A stretch of DNA of 64,000 bases from NCBI GenBank assembly GCA_951406725.2, contig OX597816.1, forward strand, positions 47,430,001 to 47,494,000, read 5' to 3'. The notes beneath the pieces are model-generated. The model was not told the origin of the DNA. It was given only the letters and a program-made list of their open reading frames with translations, and searched no databases. This DNA comes from Octopus vulgaris (taxonomy: Eukaryota). A program made the translations under genes and the position numbers. Below are positions 26,370 to 40,454 of the stretch, piece by piece (position 1 is the stretch's first letter; each line of letters starts with the position of its first letter).

Positions 26370-27250
26370 TTCTGTCTCTTTGGCCTCACACCTTGCTTCA
26401 CAAATCCTGTCTTGCACAAGCTCAGTTCAGGCACTTGACCCTCTCTTGCAGCTGAAGCAACAACCTTTAGCACTAAATTATGTCTAAATGTATACCATCC
26501 AGACTGGAGTGCATTTGGGCAAGCTGACAGCATGTGTTTGAGGCTGCCATACTTCCCGTACAAGTGGCACTGTGGACTCTCTTGGATACCCCATTTTTTG
26601 AGATTTGCTGGAGACGTATGCACATCATATACAGTCTGGATCAGAGCTTTCAAATGCCCTGCACTGAAACACCACCAATCAGACCGCTTCAACTCAAGCT
26701 TTTTGACACCATCCCAATTCAGCCACCAACCCTGCTCTGCTAGTTGCACTGCATGACCCAGATGCCTCTCATCTTCCAGCTGCCTTACTTGTTGTTCATG
26801 TAGCTTCTGCTGTTCTTGTTTACTTGACTCAGACCAATACTGCTCTCTCTTGACAAGCCCCACACCAGCCCTGCCATCTATCATCACTCCACATGCTCCA
26901 GCATCCTGAGCCATCTCATCAAGCTTTTGCATCACCTCAGTGACCTTCCATTTCCTACCAGTGTTCAAATCTGGTGGATTGTCCTGGACCACAGTGTCTC
27001 TCAACTCAGACAGCATTGTTGCAGACGCACCTTGGAGACCTTGTACTCCTCCACTAGTGACATCAAGGGCAACTGGAGCATACCCCGGTTGCCAAAAAGG
27101 GTGACAGATGAAAGGCGCTTCGAAAGATGAAAGCAGAAATTCCATTTGGTTTCAATTCCAATTGAAACACCATTTACACTGGTGTACCTAGTGCAAGCTA
27201 TGGACACACAAGAGGTGCAGCGGACTAGCTGGAAGGTTAACAGAGAAAGT
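26370..27250 (-). mobile_element. HERO/R2-group (RLE-type) LINE ORF fragment, post-RT region with CCHC knuckle
   Basis: LQLPLMSLVEEYKVSK, TGRKWKV, GRAGVG, YDVHTSPANLKKWG, CHLYG...SLKHMLSACPNALQSGWYTFRHNLVL; frameshifted. Confidence 0.8.
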
Positions 27251-28130
27251 ATTGTTTGTATGTGGAAGATGCATAGAAGCCATAAAGACCATAGATACAT
27301 GGGAAACTGATTTCCTCAAATGTCCCAGAGGTTCTCTGGAAGTAGTAGATAATTTCTGCTATCTAAGTGACCTAATTAGCAGTGAAGGAGGATATACTGA
27401 AAGTGTAATTGCTAGAATAAGATGGAGAAAGTTCAGAGAGCTTTTTTCTCTGTTGGCAACCAAAGGTTTTTCTATCTAAGTGTTAAGACGAGTGTATGAA
27501 GCATGTGTTTGAACTGCAATATTATATGGTAGAGAGACATGGGCTCAGAATGCAGAGGACATGTGAAGACGAGAGAGGAACGAATTTGGTATGCTAGACT
27601 GTGACAGAGTATCTAGGCATAAGAGGAATGATGTGCAGTATGCAAGAGAGAAGGCTGTGATGGTTTGGTCATGTGATGCAGACAGATGAAGATAGTTGCA
27701 TAAAGGAATGCTGATGACTTGAAATGGATGGAAGTTGTGGAAGAGGGAAATCCAGGAAGTCATTTGATGAAGTAGTATTGAAAGCTGACCTCAAAATGCT
27801 GAGCCCTATGAAGGAGATGACAAAGGATTGAGATATATGGTGCTTATGCTGCATTCAAGAAGGCCCATTCACCACAACAATATTGATGTCCTGATACCAC
27901 AGTGCCACATGAAAAGAACTCACGTTGGTGGAACATAAAAAGCATTGGTGCTGGTGCCATCTAAAAAGCATCCAGTACACTCTATGAAGTAGTCGGAGTT
28001 TGGAAGGGCAACCAGACGTCGAAACTATGCCAAAACACAGTCAGGCCTGTTGCCAGCACCTGTGAAGCCATCCAACCCATGCTAGCATAAAAAATGGACG
28101 CTAAAGGATGATAATGAAGATAATGATATG
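27250..28130 (+). mobile_element. 5'-truncated RTE LINE (RT C-terminus plus 3' tail)
   Basis: LEVVDNFCYLSDLISSEGGYTESVIARIRWRKFRELFSLL, LYGRETW, WFGHV-type motifs, family 3' tail with (GAT)n. Confidence 0.85.
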
Positions 28131-28180
28131 TATATAAATATATATAAAGGAAAAGAGATGCATATATATATATATATATA

Positions 28181-29462
28181 CGAGGGACGTTCAATAAGTA
28201 ATGCTTCTGATCCACTTGCAGTTGGTTGATCTAGCTGAAATTTTGCATGTGCAATTATTTATATCTCTATAGATTAAGTGGCAAATTACAGCTCTGAACT
28301 AATTGTAGTCTCTGATTTACAGGTGTTTGAACAGAGTCAAGTGTGAAATGGAGCCAGTTGAGTGTCGAGCAGTGATCCGGTTTTTGTATTTGAAAGGACG
28401 CACACCACGGGAGACTTTTGATGAAATGAAAGTAACTTATGGTGATGATGCCCCATTCATATGACCTTGTAAAACGCTGGCATCGTGAATTTAAACATGG
28501 TCGGAACTCTGTGGAAACAGCTCCCAGATCTGGTTGCCCCCTTCTGCCAATGATGAGGCATCTGTCCGTCAAGTTGAGGCTGCCATTTTGGAAGATCGAC
28601 GCATAACTATTTGCCAAATAGCCCATGAGGTCAAGATTAGTACCGGGTCTGTGGAAACTATCATTCATGACTATTTGCATATGCAAAAGGTGTCTGCCAG
28701 ATGGATTCCCAGGTTGCTCACACCTTTCCAGAAGCAACAACGCGTCGAGTGCTCGAGGATGAATTTGGAGATGTGCCAAGAAGATGAGTCAAAATTTTTT
28801 CAAAAGACTGATTACACAGGATGAAACCTGGGTCCATCACTATGATCCAGAGACCAAAGCCCAGTCAATGCAGTGGAAGCACCGTGACTCACCGCCTCCA
28901 AAGAAGGCAAGGGTGCAGCCCTCCGCTGGCAAGGTCATGCTCACAGTCTTCTGGGACCAGGACGGAGTAGTGATGACAGATTTCCTGGCAAAGGGTACCA
29001 CAATTACAGGAGCCTATTATGCTTCACTTTTGAAGAAATTAAGAGAAGCTATCAAAATCAAGAGGCGGGGCAAGATCAGCAAAGGTATCCTCCTCCTGCA
29101 GGACAACGCTCTGGCGTGTCGCCAGATCAGATGCACAGACGTGCGGCTATGAACTCCTCCCCCATCCACCCTACTCTCCTGACCTTGCACCCTCTGATTT
29201 TCACCTCTTCCCAGCCATGAAGTTGTTTTTGAAAGGAAAACGTTTCCCAGATGATGTAGCCTTGATTTCTGAAGTCACGTCGTGGTTGGAGGACCAAACT
29301 GGGGTATTCTACAAAAACGGTCTCCAGAGCTGCATCAAACGATGGAAGAAATGCGTAACTCTGGGTGGTTCCTATGTAGAAAAAGACTAATAACTGTGCC
29401 AAGTTTTGTTGCTCTACTGCTATGGGAAGTGGGTCAGGGGCATTACTTATTGAACGCTCCTC

Positions 29463-29463
<1 letters not shown>
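28181..29463 (+). mobile_element. Near full-length mariner transposon (1283 bp) with frameshifted transposase (ATG 28348 to TAA 29390)
   Basis: TIRs CGAGGGACGTTCAATAAGTAATGC / GCATTACTTATTGAACGCTCCTCG within (TA)n; motifs WIPRLL, ITQDETWVHHY, LLQDN, HPPYSPDLAPSDFHLF. Confidence 0.95.
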
Positions 29464-29521
<58 letters not shown>

Positions 29522-30729
29522 TATATATATGTGTGTGTATGTATGTATATAGTTCAAATATACGGAAATCAAAGACATATATATACATGTGTGTGTGTGT
29601 GTGTGTGTGTGTGCATGTGTATGTATGTATGTATCTATCCATCTGTCTATCGGTCTATCGGCCTGCCAATCTATACGTATAAAGTAATTATGAGGATTTT
29701 AAGAGACATCTCTAAAAATGCAGTTCTCTTCATTCTCTCCTCACACACTATCAACCCATTTCTTAACTTATTGATTAATGATTCCTTATTGACAAGGAAT
29801 TCCACTGATTAACCAGCTGATTAGAAGCATATTGTATGCGTATTCACTAAACTAGCTATTAAATGCGCACAAAGAAGCCTCTATACAATGCAACAATGTT
29901 CAGGAATTATTCATAGTTTTCTTATATGATAGGCAAAATTAATGGTAAGAATTGAAGTAATAAGGACAAGGTAGAATAGACGATAGTGCTGATGTTGTTC
30001 TTTAGAAGTTGGTGCATTGGTACATGAGATATGAGCATATGTGTGTAATTATACATGCGTGCGTGTGTATCTATTTACCTATGTGTCTATTTGTCTGTCC
30101 GCCTATTTATCTATCTATCTATCTATCTATCTATTCACATACACACACACATGCATAAACATACTCATACACACATATATAGACAGATGTGTACATGTAT
30201 TATATATACTTACATGCATATATTCATATGCCCAAATACCTCATTAATGCTGTTTAAAATTCCAGCGAAGGAGCCTTGCATCTAGACTAGAAATTGGCTC
30301 TTTCTCTTTGGGCAAGAAATCTAGAAATGAAACTGAATAATAAAACACATACACACACACACACACACATGCCAAACCATAGATATATATGCTCTCTCAC
30401 ACATGTGATTACAATTATATGCATGTAAGCATATACATAAATATGCATACAAACATGCACAGGCATACTGACATCCTTACATGGACCTCTAAATAATGTA
30501 TTCAGGAGTGGGTGTGTAGTAAAAAGCTTGCTTCCCAACCACATGGTTCTGAGTTCAGTCCTACTGTGTGGCACCTTGGCCAAGTGCCTTCTACTATACC
30601 CCTGGGATTACCAAAGCCTTGTAAGTAGATTTTGTAGATGGAAACTGAAAGAAGCCTATCATTACTCTACCTCCTGAATTTGAGTACTATTTTCCCCACC
30701 TTGTTTTACACTTATGTGCTTATTCTGGC

Positions 30730-30760
<31 letters not shown>

Positions 30761-30784
30761 TATAAATATATTCTTTTATTCTTT

Positions 30785-31064
30785 TATTTTTTTACTTGTT
30801 TCAGTCATTTGACTGTGGCCATGTTGGAGCACTGCTTCTAGTTGAGCAAATCGGCCCCAGGACTTATTCTTTGTAAGCCTAGTACTTATTCTATTCATCT
30901 CTTTTGACAAACTGCTAAGTTACAGGGACGTAAACACACCAACCTTGGTTGTCAAACAAATGTGGGGGGACAAACACTGACACACAAACATATTCACACA
31001 CATACATACATACACACATACACACACATATATATATGTATGTGTGTGTGTGTGTGTGTGGCGC

Positions 31065-31106
<42 letters not shown>

Positions 31107-31265
31107 CAGGCCTCTTTCAGTTTCCATCTACCAAATCCACTCACAAGGGTTTGGTCGGTCCAAGGCTATAGTAGAAGATACTTGGCCAAGGTGCTATGCA
31201 GTGGGACTGAACCTGGAATCATGTGGTTAGTAAGCAAGCTATTTACTACACAGCCACTCCTGCAT
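30785..31265 (-). mobile_element. SINE family A
   Basis: Full-length reverse copy; a partial forward head lies at 30500-30660. Confidence 0.9.
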
Positions 31266-31329
31266 CTACATATATGATTGATTGATTCTAGTTTCAGCTC
31301 ATGAGCTGTGGCCATGCTGGGGCACCGCC

Positions 31330-31374
<45 letters not shown>

Positions 31375-31629
31375 ATGTATGCATGTAGAGAAGTAGATAA
31401 CCTCAAGCTTCAAGGATTATCTAAAGTTGACATACCATTAAAGAAAGGGATAGGATTATTGTATAGAGATAAGAAGTCAATTCTGTCTCAACAGCTGTCA
31501 TCAACATATCAATAGTCTAACTTTACCTCAGGTAGCCAAGGGACTTGGAACTTACACAAGAAAGAGTAGAATGCATATATAGTGTAGGTAATTTACATCT
31601 ATCTATCTGCCAGTCTACCTCTCTATCTG

Positions 31630-31670
<41 letters not shown>

Positions 31671-31864
31671 ACACACACACACACACATAGATAAATAAAT
31701 AAATGGAGTTTAACGCAGGTGTAATTCAAATTCCTTTACTTCCAACACATGCTTCGAAGATATCACTGATATTATTCCAAAGAAATAAAATAGTGTAAAA
31801 CAATGTAATCTTCTCTTCATGAAAGTGAAGTAATGAAACTCGTCAATAAGACATTTTAACAGAA

Positions 31865-33234
31865 AATGATGGATATGTATAGTGATTAACTGAACGCTAT
31901 TAATATTGTTTGAAAAAACGTTATATAATATAACGTCAGAAGTAGCCCATAGAAAGAGGAGGCATAAATTAAAGAAAAACTAAATAAATGAGAAGTATAT
32001 GACTATATGTATATTAAATAAAACCTTATAAACTAGGAAAATATATATTTAGTGAATCATCATCATCATCATCATCATCGTTTAACGTCCGTTCTCCATG
32101 CTAGCATGGGTTGGACGGTTCAACCGGGGATCTGGGAAGCCAGAAGGCTGCACCAGGCTCCAGTCTTATCTGGCAGTGAAATATAAAAAGAAAATTAATG
32201 TTTAAATTATATATAATGATAGAGATCGCTTATATGAACTAAAGGTGTGGCTTTGCCAATGTTTACATCGGTATGCATGCTCTATAACCGTGTTTACTAG
32301 GGGATTTTTTAGAAAGAATAATGAAAAATAGTTCAGAATTACAGAGAAGACAGAATTTCTTGCCTTTGTCATAAGGTATTGAGATTGAGAGGATCAACCA
32401 ATCTAAATTAAACTGTTTATTGTGGTCTTTTAGATCCCAAATTAATTTACTGAGCCCTGTACTGTTACGTTTATTCCCATCCCTAAATGTCAAGTAATGA
32501 TTAGAAATCCTTCTAGATAATTGTAAAGACGTGCTAAGTTATCTGGTAATGTTGACATTTTCTATGATAATGCCGAATTTTATAACTCTGCCTTACTTAA
32601 AGCATGTTATACAGAGAAAATTATCTACATTGATTCTATCTGGTCTTATTATTCTCATAATCAAGTATAATTTTATATTGGAAGCACGTCTTTACAATTA
32701 TTTAGAAGGATTTCTAATCATTACTCAACATTTAGGGATAGGAATAAATGTAACAGTACAGGGCTCAGTAAATGAATTTGGTATCTAAAAGACCACAATA
32801 AACAGTTTAATTTAGATTGGTTGATTCTCTCAATCTTGATACATTATAACAAAGGGAAGGAATTCTGTCTTTTCTGTAATTCTGAACTATTTTTCATTAT
32901 CTTTCCTAAAAATCCCCTAGTAAACACGGTTATAGGGCGTGCATACCGATGTAAACATTGGCAAAACCACACCTTTAGTTCATATAAGCAATCTCTATCA
33001 TTATATATAATTTAAACATTAATTTTCTTTTTATATTTCACATTTACTAAATATATATTTTCCTCGTATATAAGGTTTTATTTAATATACATATAGTCAT
33101 ATACTTCTCATTTATTTAGTTTTTCTTTAATTTATCCCTCCTCTTTCTATGGGCTACTTCTGACGTTATATCATATAACGTTTTTTCAAACAATATTAAT
33201 AGCATTCGGTTAATCACTATACATATCCATCATT
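31865..33234. mobile_element. Penelope-like element 3' remnant (GIY-YIG endonuclease C-terminal part plus 3' UTR) as a ~550-bp inverted repeat
   Basis: Frame from 32671: FYIGSTS...RISNH...NSTGLSK*IW.LKD...W.IL...CLFCNSELFFI...N...RCKH. Arms 31865-32535 (-) and 32683-33234 (+); left arm interrupted by an RTE tail at ~32056-32175. Confidence 0.8.
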
Positions 33235-33254
33235 ATATACACTATAGTATAAAG

Positions 33255-33476
33255 ATACTTTTGTCTAAACTTACTTTTGGCTTATAACTATTTTGTCTAT
33301 AGAATCTCACAAAAAAATGTAAAAGATCTAAATAACTATACTCTAATAATCCTTTTTGTCTTTAGATGAAAATGGTTAGATGAAAGTGTGTTTAGATGAA
33401 AATGCTTTTAGACCAAAGTGTATTAGACTAAAGTGGTTTAAACCAAAGCATTTTAGACCAAAGTGCCGTATTCCCC
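33255..33476. mobile_element. Terminal ~15-bp sub-repeat array, Mutator/foldback-like end
   Basis: Repeats TAGA(CC/TG)AAAGTG-like x7 ending GCCGTATTCCC, with inverted TTTTGTCTA units to the left. Confidence 0.45.
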
Positions 33477-35294
33477 ACACACACATATATACACATGCAT
33501 ACACACACACATATATACATTATGTGTGGATTAAAAAAGCTACCATTGTTTTCATGCAGAGAATTCTAAGCAATTATCAATGTCTCTTGTGGTAGGCTTG
33601 ATTATTGCTAGGAATTTTTAGCATCAAACTACTGATGGCCTTGTTAACATACAAATAAAGAATATTTATCCACCAATGCAGCGTTGAGCACTCATTCTCA
33701 CAGTTTGATATTAGCGTACACACACACATGCATGCATGTATAAATGGTGAGGATGAAGAGTATATCCGTCTTGCTGTATCTATATATCATCATCGTCATT
33801 TAATGTCTATTCTCCATGCTGACATAGGTTGGACGGTTTTTCCAGCTCGTCAGATTCTGTCAAACTATCCCTCTAATGCCAGTATGGAAAGTGGACATTA
33901 AATAATGATGACGATATATAGTTATAGAAATATAGACATACCTTTTGGCTTCCTCTTCTTCCTTTTCCCCTCCTCTTCCTCCTTATCATCATCATCTTCA
34001 TGATCATTATCAGTTTTGCACCTGGTTTACCATGCTTGTGTGAATTGGATGGCTTCTTGCATCTGTATCAAATCTTATTTGGAATTATCCTTTCCATAGA
34101 ATGGTTAGGAACTACATCTTATATAACCATTACAATTTTGGCATTGTTTCTATGGCTAGACTATTTCCTATTGCTAATTGTCACTGTTCAATCAAAAACC
34201 GCTTTACACAATGAACTGGGTGCATTTTATCATGGCACTAGCACTAGAGAGGTAACTTTGATTTTGACGAAACAAAAGAAGCCTCTCTACCTTATCTTAT
34301 TTTCATTTATTAGTTCACCTGCAGCAGAAGGCAGATAGAGTAGAGTGTGACAAAAGAATACAAGGATGATAGGTTGATACACTAAAAAACTTGTAAGAGA
34401 TTGGAGAGGAGAAAGTACATGATGAATGTTGACTATAAATGATAGAGAGAGAGGAATGGTTTGAGAATGTGCTGGATAGTAATAAAGATGGGCAATGGTA
34501 AGAGAGTAGGAATGATAGATGTCAATAATAGGTAATAAGAGAGAAAGTGACGGTGATTGCAAAATGGGGATTGAATACAGATAGATCTAATGTGACCTTG
34601 TTACACAAGCAGCATGATGGAAGAGAGATAGAATGGTAGTTTGGAAGTTTATTGATAGGAAAGACTATGAGTGATAGATGAGAACATAACAACAGGAGAA
34701 AGCTTTATATATTCATAAATATTTTTGTTTTCATTTAGTAACACATATTTTTACTCACATACGTCACATACATGCACATATGTAAAACTCTCTCTCTCTC
34801 TTTTCAAACACCTACAGGATTAAAGGCATATAAATAGCAGTTACCAATGTTTGGATATCTTGAAAAAGAAGATATCTGGAAATGAGATTATGAATAAATT
34901 TAGGAATATTTCAAAGTTTTGAAGTATCTAAAGTACACTTTTTTCCTGCTTCTTCAGTGATAGTTTGAAAGATAGCAAGATTAGAAAGATAAATTGATAG
35001 AAATATAGATAGATAGATTGATAGATAGTGCGAGAGAAAGAGAGAGAGGGGTGATAGAAAAAGGGGGAGATTTAAACAAAAACGAGGGAGGGGCAGAGAT
35101 AGAAGAAAGAATTGACTAAGATGAAAAAATTGAAGAAAATAAAAGTCTATGCTTAAATCCATCATTAAGACAATATTTAACTTACACACACACAGACACA
35201 CATACGTATATACATAAATATTTGCAGAGTAATATATAAAAAATATGTACACATTGCAACTTGTTTTAACAAATCTCTGATGTTGAGTTTATAA

Positions 35295-35340
<46 letters not shown>

Positions 35341-36414
35341 ATGTGTGCATGTGTGTGTGTGTGTGTGTGAGTGATAGTGTGTGCATACATATCCATGTGT
35401 ATGTGTGTGTATGTATATGTGTATATAATTGTCTGTGAGTGCGTGTATGTGTGAGAGAGAACATATGACTTATGTATATATGTCATGCTTAATGGCAGGT
35501 GAATTAACTGATATTATTGTGAGGAATGTAATACAGGTTGATCGAAAGACCCAGTCTTTTATTGAAGTGACAGTGATTAACAACAATTTTTCACATTGAC
35601 ACAAATGATATAAATATTGTAAGTGTAGGATATGTAGTCAATAAAATGAACTGCCATATATTATTTTTTTCATCAAACCAACAAGGTGGCCTCTACATAG
35701 TAGCTTGATTTGCTAGAAATAACAACTAAATCTCTCTAAAATCACACACTATGATGATTAAAAAAAAAAAAAGGGATATATTGGATATTGTAGACTTACA
35801 AAGTCTTTGATCACAGGTCTTCTCAACCAGAGCTGACCTGAGGCTAAACAACATTAGTATTTATTTCATTGATTCCAGTGAGATAAAAGAAAAAGGCAGA
35901 ACACTGTAAGGTTTGAATACAGAACAAAGAGTTTACATAATAAATTACTTTCTGCTAATTAACTAGAGATGCACTAAGTTGGGTTGATTGAAATATATGT
36001 TTGTACAATTATACTTAACATTGTGTGTGCTCAAATGTATAAAGACTTTTGCTGCAGAAATTGTCAGAGAGAGAAATTCTCCTCATATTCAATGTGTGTG
36101 AAAAACACTGCTGAGCTACAGACAGCATCATCAGACTATAGAACATGTGTTACTGCATAATTATGTCTCATCAGCTACAGGACACTGAATCCGCTGCTCA
36201 CATCCCTCTAAGAACTACTGCTCTTATATGTAAATAGGAAATAATAAATTTTCTGATGTGCACAAAGTTTTATTAAGCTGGAATTAATTAACAAGAGGTG
36301 CACAACATTTCTATGTAACTAGTTTGTGTACAGTCAAATGTAGACAAACCTTCGCAGTGGAAATTGCCTCAGGAAACAAAAAGTCCTTAGTCTTCATTAC
36401 CAAAGCAACATGTA

Positions 36415-36985
36415 CATGTAGATTGTTACTGTTACCTAGGTGACCTAATTTGCAGTGGAGGTGGATGCAATCAAAGGATAGTTGCTAGAATAAGAACTGG
36501 TTGGAGAACGTTCTGAGAACTATTACCTCAGTTAATAACAGAAGGTTTCTCTATCAAAGTGAAAGGCAGATTGTACAATGTCTGTCTATGAACTGCAATG
36601 CTACATGGCTGTGAAGGTTGGGTTGTGAAAGCAGATGACATGCAAAGACTTGAAAGAAATGGAAGTAGCTTACTCCAACAGATGTGCAATGCCATTGTGC
36701 ATTGTGCATGCATGACTGTATGGCTAAGTATATGTTGGGCATAAGAAGCATTGGATGTGATGTACTGGAGAGAAGACTGCTGGCATGGTCATGTGATGTG
36801 GATGGATGAGGACAGCTGTATGAAGAGTGCTGGTTGCTAAACATGAAAGGAACCTGTGAAATAGGGAAACTCAGGAAGATGTAGGATGAAGTGGTGAAGA
36901 CTGGCTTCAAGTTGTTGAATCTCTTGATGGAGATGACAGTATATTGAGATGAATGGCAATATGTTGTGCTTTAGAAGACTCATCT
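36415..36985 (+). mobile_element. Decayed RTE LINE RT C-terminus
   Basis: YLGDLICSGGG...ARIRTGWRTF, homologous to 27340-27860. Confidence 0.75.
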
Positions 36986-37574
36986 ATCTCAGCAAGCCTC
37001 CCTTCACAGTTCTTCTTCTAACACCCAATCACCTATTAGTTCCCTGTGATGCTCTATTTCTGTCCTTCACTTCTTTTGCCCTGAACTGATATACTCTGTG
37101 TTCATCTCATTCCCTACTGCTAATCACCTGTCATACTATTTTCACTCTTGAGCACTTACCTATCCCCATTATTTCTATTCCTCTATGTGTGAAGTAGTGT
37201 ACAAGATGATACTATCACAAAATTTACAGAAATATTTAAAAAAAAATTAACTATTTAAAACTTTATCTGGCATACAAAATGTCACCAACTGTTGGAGAAG
37301 AAGTTTTCATATAATGTGCATTTTATGTGTAAGTGCTTTCATTGTTCAGCTTTTCAAACCCACATGTTCCGAGCTAAAACATATAGGGGAAGTTGTTTTT
37401 AGTAATGATGTTAATTGTTTCTGGTTTAGTTTTGGATTTAGAATTCTTACAAAGTATTATTCTTTTGCCTTTCGTAGTTGATTATTTCTTTTATTTTGTG
37501 AAAAGGAAATATTCTGAATTTTCCATTTGCACAAATATCTAAAAGTTTACTACTTGGAACACTTCTTACTCTCT

Positions 37575-37790
37575 CTCTCTCTCTTTTACTTGTTTCAGTC
37601 ATTTGACTGCGGCCATGCTGGAGCACCGCCTTTAGTTGATCAAATCGACCCCTGGACTTATTCTTTGTAAGCCCAGTACTTATTCTATCGGTCTCTTTTG
37701 CTGAACCGCTAAGTGACGGGGACATAAACACACAAGCATCGGTTGTCAAGCAATGCTAGGGGGACAAACACAGACACACAAACATACACG

Positions 37791-37826
<36 letters not shown>

Positions 37827-37990
37827 CGACAGGCTTCTTTCAGTTTCCGTCTACCAAATCCACTCACAAGGCTTTGGTCGGCCCGAGGCTATAGTAGAAG
37901 ACACTTGCCCAAGGTGCCACGCAGCGGGTCTGAACCCGGAACCATGTAGTTGGTAAGCAAGCTACATACCACACAGCCACTCTTGCGCCT
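37575..37990 (-). mobile_element. SINE family A (CpG-rich, young-looking copy)
   Basis: Full-length reverse copy retaining many CpGs. Confidence 0.92.
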
Positions 37991-38299
37991 TCTGAGAAAT
38001 AAAATTTTAATTTGCTGTTTGTCCATGTTCACACAGCTAGTTAGTTTTGTTCCTGTTCCTCCAATGTAATTTTCATTACATTGTGGGCATGTGATGCTGT
38101 AAGATAAGATTTTTTGTTTTGAAATTCATGTTTGCATTCACTTTCAGTTCTTTCCCATCCTTGAACCTTTTGATCACACCTTATTCAATTATTTCACATG
38201 TCCCACAACGAGGATCTGTAAAGATTTTTTTGATAGTTAATAACATTAAAAAAGATCTTTATTTTAGCATCATTTTCTGCCTTGACTTTTTCCATATAT

Positions 38300-38330
38300 A
38301 TATATTTAATATAAATATATTATATATATG

Positions 38331-38424
<94 letters not shown>

Positions 38425-38436
38425 TAAATATTACAT

Positions 38437-38468
<32 letters not shown>
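38300..38468. repeat. (TA)n microsatellite
   Basis: Seen directly; similar tracts at 9790, 15640-16025, 20410-20659, 21090-21360, 25480-25795, 29464-29530, 54777-54995, 57702-57825. Confidence 0.95.
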
Positions 38469-38469
<1 letters not shown>

Positions 38470-39360
38470 GTCTCACCATGGAAATGACTAGAGACCGAGA
38501 CCTATGGAAGTATGCTGTGCGTGAGAAGACCCGGCAAGACTAGTGAAGCCATAATCCGTGGCCCCTACCTGGGACGTAGTCAGTCCACCTGTGCATACCT
38601 TCCTTCTTGTGACACTTGTGAAGACCTGTTGAGGCAAGTGAGAATCGAATCGTATCAAATCAAATCGAACCAAATCAAAATAGATGAACATCAATGGAAT
38701 TTGTATCCTTGTGGTACCAGTGCCGGTGGCACATAAGAAAACCATCCGAACGTGACCGTAGCCAGTACCGCAATGACTGGCCTCCGTGCTGAGGGCACGT
38801 AACAAACACCATCCGAGCGTGGCCGTCCGCCAGCCTCGTCTAGCACCTGTGTCGGTGACACATAAGAAAACACCATCCGAGCGTGGCCGTCTGCCAGCCT
38901 CGTCTGGCACCTGTGTCGGTGGCACATAAAAAACACCATCCGAGCGTGGCCGTCTGCCAGCCTCGTCTGACACCTGTGTCGGTGGCACATAAGAAAACAC
39001 CATCCAAGCGTGGCCGTCTGCCAGCCTCGTCTGGCACCTGTGTCGGTGGCACATAAAAAACACCATCCGAGCGTGGCCGTCTGCCAGCCTCGTCTGGCAC
39101 CTGTGTCGGTGGCACAAAAAACACCATCCGAGCGTGGCCGTCTGCCAGCCTCGTCTGGCACCTGTGTCGGTGGCACATAAAATCACCCACTACACTCTCG
39201 GAGTGGTTGGCGTTAGGAAGGGCATCCAGCTGTAGAAACACTGCCACATCTGACTGGCCTGGTGCAGCCTTCGGGCTTCCCAGACCCCAGTTGAACCGTC
39301 CAACCCATGCTAGCATGGAAAGCAGACGTTAAACGATGATGATGATGATGATGATGATGA
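38469..39360 (+). mobile_element. RTE LINE 3' end with a tandem 61-64-bp array in the 3' UTR
   Basis: [26 protein letters not shown] end; six near-identical units starting at 38808, 38872, 38935, 38999, 39062, 39123; tail ends in (GAT)n. Confidence 0.85.
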
Positions 39361-39482
39361 TATATAATATAAATATAAATATTACATATATATACACACA
39401 TACGCACATATATATAGCATAATATAAATATATATACATAAACCATACATACATGTATAAATATACACATGTATATATGTAA

Positions 39483-39526
<44 letters not shown>

Positions 39527-39529
39527 AAA

Positions 39530-39575
<46 letters not shown>

Positions 39576-40454
39576 TACACACACACATTAGTATAACCCC
39601 ACCACCTACCACACTCAGATTAATCTATAATGCATTTGCAGACCTTGTTAACACAGCAAAGATAAGACTAAAATGGGCTATAAAGATGTTACAATGTTTA
39701 TGTCAGCGAAGGCTAACGACAAGCTGTAATTTATTATAAGAAAACCCAATAAACTGTCTTCTTCTTGAAGATATTAAGATATTATATAGTTTTTAGCCAG
39801 CAGGTGCTGAATACATCTCAACATGTTTTAATGTAAGGTAAATCATTTTAAAGCATTTAGAATTAATAAAATGGAGTTAAATAGCTAGTCCTTTCTAATG
39901 GTATTAAAATGAAGATATGATGTATTTCCAGTTAGGAGACAATAAATATAACACCTCTTTGAAGAAGGAAAGTTGGTTAAAAGAATATTAATCATTAATA
40001 TCATTGTGCTGTTTAAGAGGAGGTAACAGCTGTTTGTCTTCTTCTTTGTTCATGCTGGAGAGTTGATAGGACGTTTGCAAAATGCTGATTGGTTCGGTTC
40101 ATTTCTTTATTCAAGTAAGTTTAGGGTGGCAAAATAATTATTAAACGAGTAAGGATATTGATAGTTGATTTTAATTATCTGTAGACCTTGCTAACTACAC
40201 ACACACACACACACATAATGTAAAAAGAAGAAAATGATCAAAGAGCTTTATCATGGAAAACAGAATGACAGCATTTACATTTTAATTAACCTGCTACCAG
40301 TTTCAATCGCTATAAGATGACCTAGTTATGCTGAAATAAAAGATACATCATACTTCTATATGAGAGGACCACTTATGATGAACACCCTAGTATTTGGAAT
40401 TTTAACAACACATCTATTGATTGGTTATTAATACTGCTTCCATCACTCTACTCT

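Noticed and set aside
26201-27145. 314-aa ORF as a host gene
   Set aside because: It is a frameshifted LINE fragment running into an RTE tail.
32773-32775. In-frame TGA as selenocysteine (known in some Naiad PLEs)
   Set aside because: The mirror arm has TTA (Leu) at this codon, not Cys; a simple point mutation is more likely.
38808-39185. CRISPR-like array
   Set aside because: Units are contiguous and near-identical with no unique spacers, no cas genes are present, and the array sits in a eukaryotic LINE 3' UTR.
40290-40325. GAAACTGGTA half-motif on the minus strand
   Set aside because: No CUGANGA partner found nearby.
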